From contig JBEIIK010000002.1 of the NCBI GenBank assembly GCA_040380835.1, positions 1,570-65,569 of the forward strand: a DNA stretch of 64,000 nt. The letters run 5' to 3'. Position 1 is the stretch's first letter, and each line of letters opens with the position of its first letter. Under the pieces are notes generated by a model, which did no database searches, was not told the origin of the DNA, and saw only the letters and a list, made by a program, of their open reading frames with translations. Positions 59,968 to 64,000 of the stretch are shown here, piece after piece. A program made the translations under genes and the position numbers. This DNA is from Ignavibacteria bacterium (GTDB taxonomy: Bacteria > Bacteroidota > Ignavibacteria > Kapaibacteriales > Kapaibacteriaceae).

Positions 59968-60912
59968 TCAACTGAGCATGGAGTAGGTACTTCCCGGAAG
60001 TCTGGCTGCGAGCACCATGTCATATTCACGTGCCTTTTGGTGAAGTCGACGCAGGGGTTCCGATATCGGCTCAGAGCTCTGCTTGAAGGTCAGATGGTGG
60101 ATCGGCATCAGTGAACGCGAGCCCATCATTGCTGCCATTTCGAGCGCCTGCTCCGGTGTGCAATGAACGTTCTCAAAACCCTCGTACGATCCAATCGGCA
60201 TAATCGCCAGGTCCACCCCGGTGGTGAGCTGGCCGAAGGTTCTGGTATATGCAGTATCGCCGCCAAACACCACATGAGCCCCGTTGCAATCGAGCAGATA
60301 GCCATTGTAACTGCGTCCATGACGACGATCGCCATGTGATCTGCACGGTTCTCCGGGTAGTCTCCAGCCGTTGTGTTTCACCTGTAGGGCGCGTATGCCG
60401 ATCCCGGCCAGGAAGGTCGTTTCATCCCAGTCGATCTCACCTACCGATTTCCACGGAAACTCCGTGATCAGATCTGCTGTATTCGGGGGTGTTAATACAT
60501 CTATCTGTCCTGGCCAGCGTGCGGCGAGTTTGTCCAGAGAGGGCAGATCCAGATGGTCCATGTGCGCATGCGAGAGAAGCACAACATCGGGCCGGGGGAT
60601 ATCCTCAAGTGTCAGCGCAGGGGGCATGATGCGGCGCGGTCCAATGCGCAGTCCAAGGATGTTCAGACCAACAACATCCGAGAAGACAGGATCCGTCAGG
60701 ATCCACGTTGATCCAACCTTGATCAGCACCGTGGATTGTCCCACCCAGCAGGCCCAAACCGCGCACTGTTCTGCAAGGTCGAGGCGCGGTGCTCGATGAA
60801 CGGTTTCTCCTGCCGAGATCGGCTCTGCGGGCAAGGGTGAGCCCCCTGCCAGAATGGCACCGGATGCCATGATCGCCGTCTGCACGAAGAAGCGTCGCGA
60901 TTGAATCGCCAT
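59968..60912 (-). CDS. Tat-signal MBL-fold metallo-hydrolase (NAPE-PLD-like Zn-dependent hydrolase).
   Basis: Twin-arginine 'SRRFFVQTAIMASGAILAG'. 'SHAHMDHLD' metal motif. Start at the internal Met. Confidence 0.7.
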   Translation of the reverse strand: MAIQSRRFFVQTAIMASGAILAGGSPLPAEPISAGETVHRAPRLDLAEQCAVWACWVGQSTVLIKVGSTWILTDPVFSDVVGLNILGLRIGPRRIMPPALTLEDIPRPDVVLLSHAHMDHLDLPSLDKLAARWPGQIDVLTPPNTADLITEFPWKSVGEIDWDETTFLAGIGIRALQVKHNGWRLPGEPCRSHGDRRHGRSYNGYLLDCNGAHVVFGGDTAYTRTFGQLTTGVDLAIMPIGSYEGFENVHCTPEQALEMAAMMGSRSLMPIHHLTFKQSSEPISEPLRRLHQKAREYDMVLAARLPGSTYSMLS

Positions 60913-61022
60913 ATCGTTGTTTCCCCCCGAAATCAACGGTTGCGAACTTCGTTGTCGGAATCTGATCATCCGAGTTACCATCTGGTTGCGGAGGGCTGTT
61001 TATTGAATGGTAACTTCGCGCT

Positions 61023-61838
61023 ATGCGGCTTGCCTTTCTTGCGACATTCATCATCCTCGGTGTACGGCTTCTCCCAGCCCAGATAGCCGGTGACCCACCG
61101 GCAGCAGATCGATCTGTGGCCCAGCCCACGGGCTCTGCCTCACAGGATGATGTTGATCCTGCGCTGATCGCGGCGATCAAAGACCAGGCACTGGCACTCC
61201 AGTGGACGGTGGGCTTTATTCAGAGCATTGCACAGGGAGATTTCCGCTCCGGCCTTGATTCGATCAAAGCCCCGGCGGCTGGGTACGGATTCGGCTTCGA
61301 GATCGGTCAGTACTTTGACCCAGTACCGCTGTTCATTGGAGCCGAGGCCTCAGTGGTCTTTTATCCATCCAACGACCGTGAGATATCGCCAAGCTCTACT
61401 AGAAGCTTCAGCGTCAACACCTCAAATTTCAAACTGCCGATCCTGACCACGGTGCGATTCCAGCCCAGTCTTGAGAACTGGGTTTATCCGTATGTGGAGC
61501 TGATAGGGGGCATAACCTTCTACTCCTCGGACGTCTCAACGCGAACGATCATCAATTCGGATACAACAAACGACAGTCCGGACGGTCGAGGCGATCACAA
61601 CTGGAACTATGGGATCGGCCTCGGCGCAGCCGTCAAGATCGCCGACGTCATAACGCTGCCAAATTCTCTCCAGAGAACATTAATCGACGTCCGTTTTCGT
61701 TATATCACGGGCAGTTCCGTGACATTTCCATACGCGGATCTGATCGATGACAGCACTTTGGACTACACATTCCGCCAGGTTCGTGTCGATCGGCCCGGCG
61801 TGGTGATGTTTCGATTAGGCGTGACCTTTCACATTTAG
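61023..61838 (+). CDS. Outer-membrane beta-barrel-like hypothetical protein.
   Basis: Signal peptide '...VRLLPA|QIAGD'. Ends in 'GVTFHI' (aromatic/hydrophobic alternation). Confidence 0.45.
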   Translation: MRLAFLATFIILGVRLLPAQIAGDPPAADRSVAQPTGSASQDDVDPALIAAIKDQALALQWTVGFIQSIAQGDFRSGLDSIKAPAAGYGFGFEIGQYFDPVPLFIGAEASVVFYPSNDREISPSSTRSFSVNTSNFKLPILTTVRFQPSLENWVYPYVELIGGITFYSSDVSTRTIINSDTTNDSPDGRGDHNWNYGIGLGAAVKIADVITLPNSLQRTLIDVRFRYITGSSVTFPYADLIDDSTLDYTFRQVRVDRPGVVMFRLGVTFHI

Positions 61839-61865
61839 ATTCCCCGGTGAATCAAGGAGTTCAGC

Positions 61866-62285
61866 ATGAACCTGCGTTCAAGTCTTTCGCTAGCCACCCT
61901 TTTTTCGGTACTCCTGCTGGCACCATCGTGCCGTACCGTCCAGGATCACCGCAACTCACTGCACTCAACACAGGAGAGGGAGCTCACGGCCGGTATTGTC
62001 CGTCGGGAGATCAAAAAGGGAATGGGTGTGGCCGAAGTGGCTAGCGCACTTGGTTCGCCAAACATCACACGGACTGAGGATGACGGACGCGAAGTCTGGG
62101 TGTATGACAAGATCGCTACAGAGGCCTCATATTCGGAAGGTCAAAGTGCCATTTTCCTGATACTGGGCGGCATCTCCAACCAGAGTGGGGCCGCAGCAAC
62201 AACGCAACGGACGCTCACCGTTGTCATCACCTTTGATAAGAGCGGCAAGGTGATGAACTTCAATTACCATCAGAGCAAGTTCTAA
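61866..62285 (+). CDS. SmpA/OmlA (BamE-like) lipoprotein.
   Basis: Lipobox 'LLAPSC|R'. 'IKKGMGVAEVASALGSPNITRTEDDGREVWVYD' resembles the BamE fold signature. Confidence 0.5.
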   Translation: MNLRSSLSLATLFSVLLLAPSCRTVQDHRNSLHSTQERELTAGIVRREIKKGMGVAEVASALGSPNITRTEDDGREVWVYDKIATEASYSEGQSAIFLILGGISNQSGAAATTQRTLTVVITFDKSGKVMNFNYHQSKF

Positions 62286-62287
62286 CC

Positions 62288-62860
62288 ATGGGTTCTCCGT
62301 TGCTCCGCGCCGGTTTGCCGGCGCTCATACTCTCATTACTGCTTGCCTCGTGTACGATCATCAACCGTCCACCCCGACTGCAGCCTCCTGAGACGCAGCT
62401 GCAGACCCGGGAGTTCCAGACACGTGAATTTGATACCAACGACGTTAAGCTGGTCATGAAGGCTATGCTGAACGTTCTCCAGGATGATGGGTTCGTTGTC
62501 AAAAACGCGGTCGTCGATCTAGGGCTCCTTACCGCTACGAAAGAGATTCAACTCACCGGACAGGCCACAGCAAGCGATTCATACTGGAGCGAAGCCTTTG
62601 CGGCGCTGCTATCAGGCAGAAATAATCAGCCAAATCGCCAGCAGCAGGATCAACGGTACAACAAATTCAAACAGATCGAGGCAAGTGTCAACGTCACGGA
62701 GCTTGGACGGCGCACACGCGTGCGTGCCAACTTCCAGGCTAAGGTTCTCGATAACACCGGAAACCCGGCTGAAGTGTATGTGATCAAGGATCCAAAGTTC
62801 TACCAGGACTTCTTCGCAAAGGTTGACAAGGGAATCTTCCTCCAAAAGCAAGGATTCTGA
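62288..62860 (+). CDS. Hypothetical lipoprotein.
   Basis: Lipobox 'LLLASC|T'. 190 aa. Confidence 0.45.
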   Translation: MGSPLLRAGLPALILSLLLASCTIINRPPRLQPPETQLQTREFQTREFDTNDVKLVMKAMLNVLQDDGFVVKNAVVDLGLLTATKEIQLTGQATASDSYWSEAFAALLSGRNNQPNRQQQDQRYNKFKQIEASVNVTELGRRTRVRANFQAKVLDNTGNPAEVYVIKDPKFYQDFFAKVDKGIFLQKQGF

Positions 62861-62863
62861 GCC

Positions 62864-63610
62864 GTGAAACGGTCCAACTTCTATGGCCTGTTTGTCTGGT
62901 TCCTTATGCTCTGCGTGGCGAGCGCCGCACAGGCGCAGTCCGTCTTGGAAGCCGTGCAGGGGGGCAACATACAGGCCGTAAAGAAGATCCTTCAAAAGTC
63001 CACAGCACGCATTAACGAACAGGACGGACGCGGTATAACGCCCCTTATCCTGGCCACTCTGGCCAATGACAGTGTAATGGTAGATCTTCTGGCGCAGTAC
63101 CGGCCGGATCCCGATATTCAGGCCGAAGGCGGAATGACGGCACTGCACGCAGCCGCGTATCATGGTCGTGATCGGTGCAGCCCGATGGTTATTGCCCTCG
63201 GTGCCGATCCAAACATCGTTGACGATGCTGGTCGCACCCCTTTGCACGTCGCCGCTCGTCAGGGTAGCACCAATATCGTAACCCAGCTCTGTGCTGCCGG
63301 AGCCGACATCGACTTTCGGGACCGAGATGGTAACTCGGCACTCATGCTTGCGTGCGGAAATCGTCATCTGGGAGCTATGGAGGAGTTGCTCGAGAAGAAC
63401 GCGAACGTCAATACGCGGGATCTCAAAGGACGCACACCGCTGATGCTTCTGGCCGTGCTTGGGGAAGATGAGATGATGCGGATACTACTGCGCTTCAAGC
63501 CCGAAATCGGGATCGTTGACTTTGGAGGAATAACTGCTCTGACCTATGCTAAATTGAACCGCCGAAAGACAATTATTCGCATATTAGAAGTGGCCGGTGC
63601 CAAATTCTGA
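62864..63610 (+). CDS. Secreted ankyrin-repeat protein.
   Basis: Signal peptide '...ASAAQA|QSVLE'. Six 33-aa ankyrin repeats or more ('GRTPLHVAARQGSTNIVTQLCAAGADID' etc.). Confidence 0.8.
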   Translation: MKRSNFYGLFVWFLMLCVASAAQAQSVLEAVQGGNIQAVKKILQKSTARINEQDGRGITPLILATLANDSVMVDLLAQYRPDPDIQAEGGMTALHAAAYHGRDRCSPMVIALGADPNIVDDAGRTPLHVAARQGSTNIVTQLCAAGADIDFRDRDGNSALMLACGNRHLGAMEELLEKNANVNTRDLKGRTPLMLLAVLGEDEMMRILLRFKPEIGIVDFGGITALTYAKLNRRKTIIRILEVAGAKF

Positions 63611-63666
63611 TATTTTGGTCATGGCTTTTACTGTGACAAAAGATGTCATACTGACATCCGTTTTAC

Positions 63667-63999
63667 TTACACAACCTGTACCACCCCATGAACTCCCAGT
63701 GCAGCACGAAGCTGACGAAGGTTGCCCTCTTTTATGATGGCAATTACTTCCTCCATGTCAGCAACTATTATGCTTTCAACCACCCCCGCAACAGCCGTAT
63801 CAGCCTGCGTGGACTCCACGAGTTTATTCGTCACCGCATTGCGGCTGAAGAGAACACGGAAGTTCACCTGACGCAGATCGTCGATAGCCACTTCTTCCGC
63901 GGCCGCATTTCGGCCAATGAAGCTCAACAACGTGGAAATTTGCTGTATTACGATCGGGTGTTTGAGGACATTCTGATGTGGGAAGGGGTAATCACCCAC
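63667..63999 (-). CDS. C-terminal fragment of a hypothetical protein. The gene continues beyond the window edge.
   Basis: Open frame runs to the window end. No assignable motif. Confidence 0.35.
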   Translation of the reverse strand: MGDYPFPHQNVLKHPIVIQQISTLLSFIGRNAAAEEVAIDDLRQVNFRVLFSRNAVTNKLVESTQADTAVAGVVESIIVADMEEVIAIIKEGNLRQLRAALGVHGVVQVV

Positions 64000-64000
64000 T

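Noticed and set aside
1-64000. Prophage, insertion sequence or integron content.
   Set aside because: No integrase, transposase, recombinase or terminal inverted repeats were recognised. Overall synteny is housekeeping-like apart from the cargo island.

Overview
This is about 64 kb of high-GC (roughly 60-65%) chromosome from a T9SS-bearing Bacteroidota/Rhodothermota-like organism. Two things point to that lineage. Many secreted proteins end in a Por/T9SS C-terminal sorting domain (NPF...IYD...G..V...SG.Y...K/R tail). Thirteen of fourteen predicted signal-peptidase-I substrates have Gln at +1, the Bacteroidetes 'Q-rule', and a glutaminyl cyclase lipoprotein is encoded in the window. Gene content in order: a proteorhodopsin-family DTE proton pump with a strong terminator; a divergent DAO-family FAD oxidoreductase; an ECF sigma/anti-sigma pair convergent with two secreted proteins; an unusual metG-ftsL-ftsI(PASTA) operon preceded by a GTGRGACAC repeat array; DJ-1, guaA, an MFS transporter, cdd, mutY; a glycan-modification cluster (GT4, SAM methyltransferase, two GT2 enzymes, one with a Gln/Pro-rich N-terminal tail); an approximately 15.3-kb lower-GC operon of five consecutive T9SS cargo genes (including a 2,346-aa parallel beta-helix giant) headed by a membrane-anchored TPR protein whose upstream region carries a Bacteroidetes-type TAnnTTTG -7 box and paired GTGG-N-CCAC operator-like repeats; a branched-chain catabolic supra-operon (fused BCKDH E1 alpha/beta, ilvE, gatB, threonine dehydratase) ending in an IcmF-like B12 acyl-CoA mutase split into two genes with a DUF4397-type lipoprotein gene translationally coupled between the halves; then a beta-CASP MBL nuclease, more secreted proteins, an L,D-transpeptidase, rarA, a Tat-MBL hydrolase, lipoproteins and an ankyrin protein. 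No rRNA, tRNA, CRISPR or transposase/integrase genes were seen. Plus-strand ORFs that overlap strongly supported minus-strand genes were treated as high-GC shadow ORFs.
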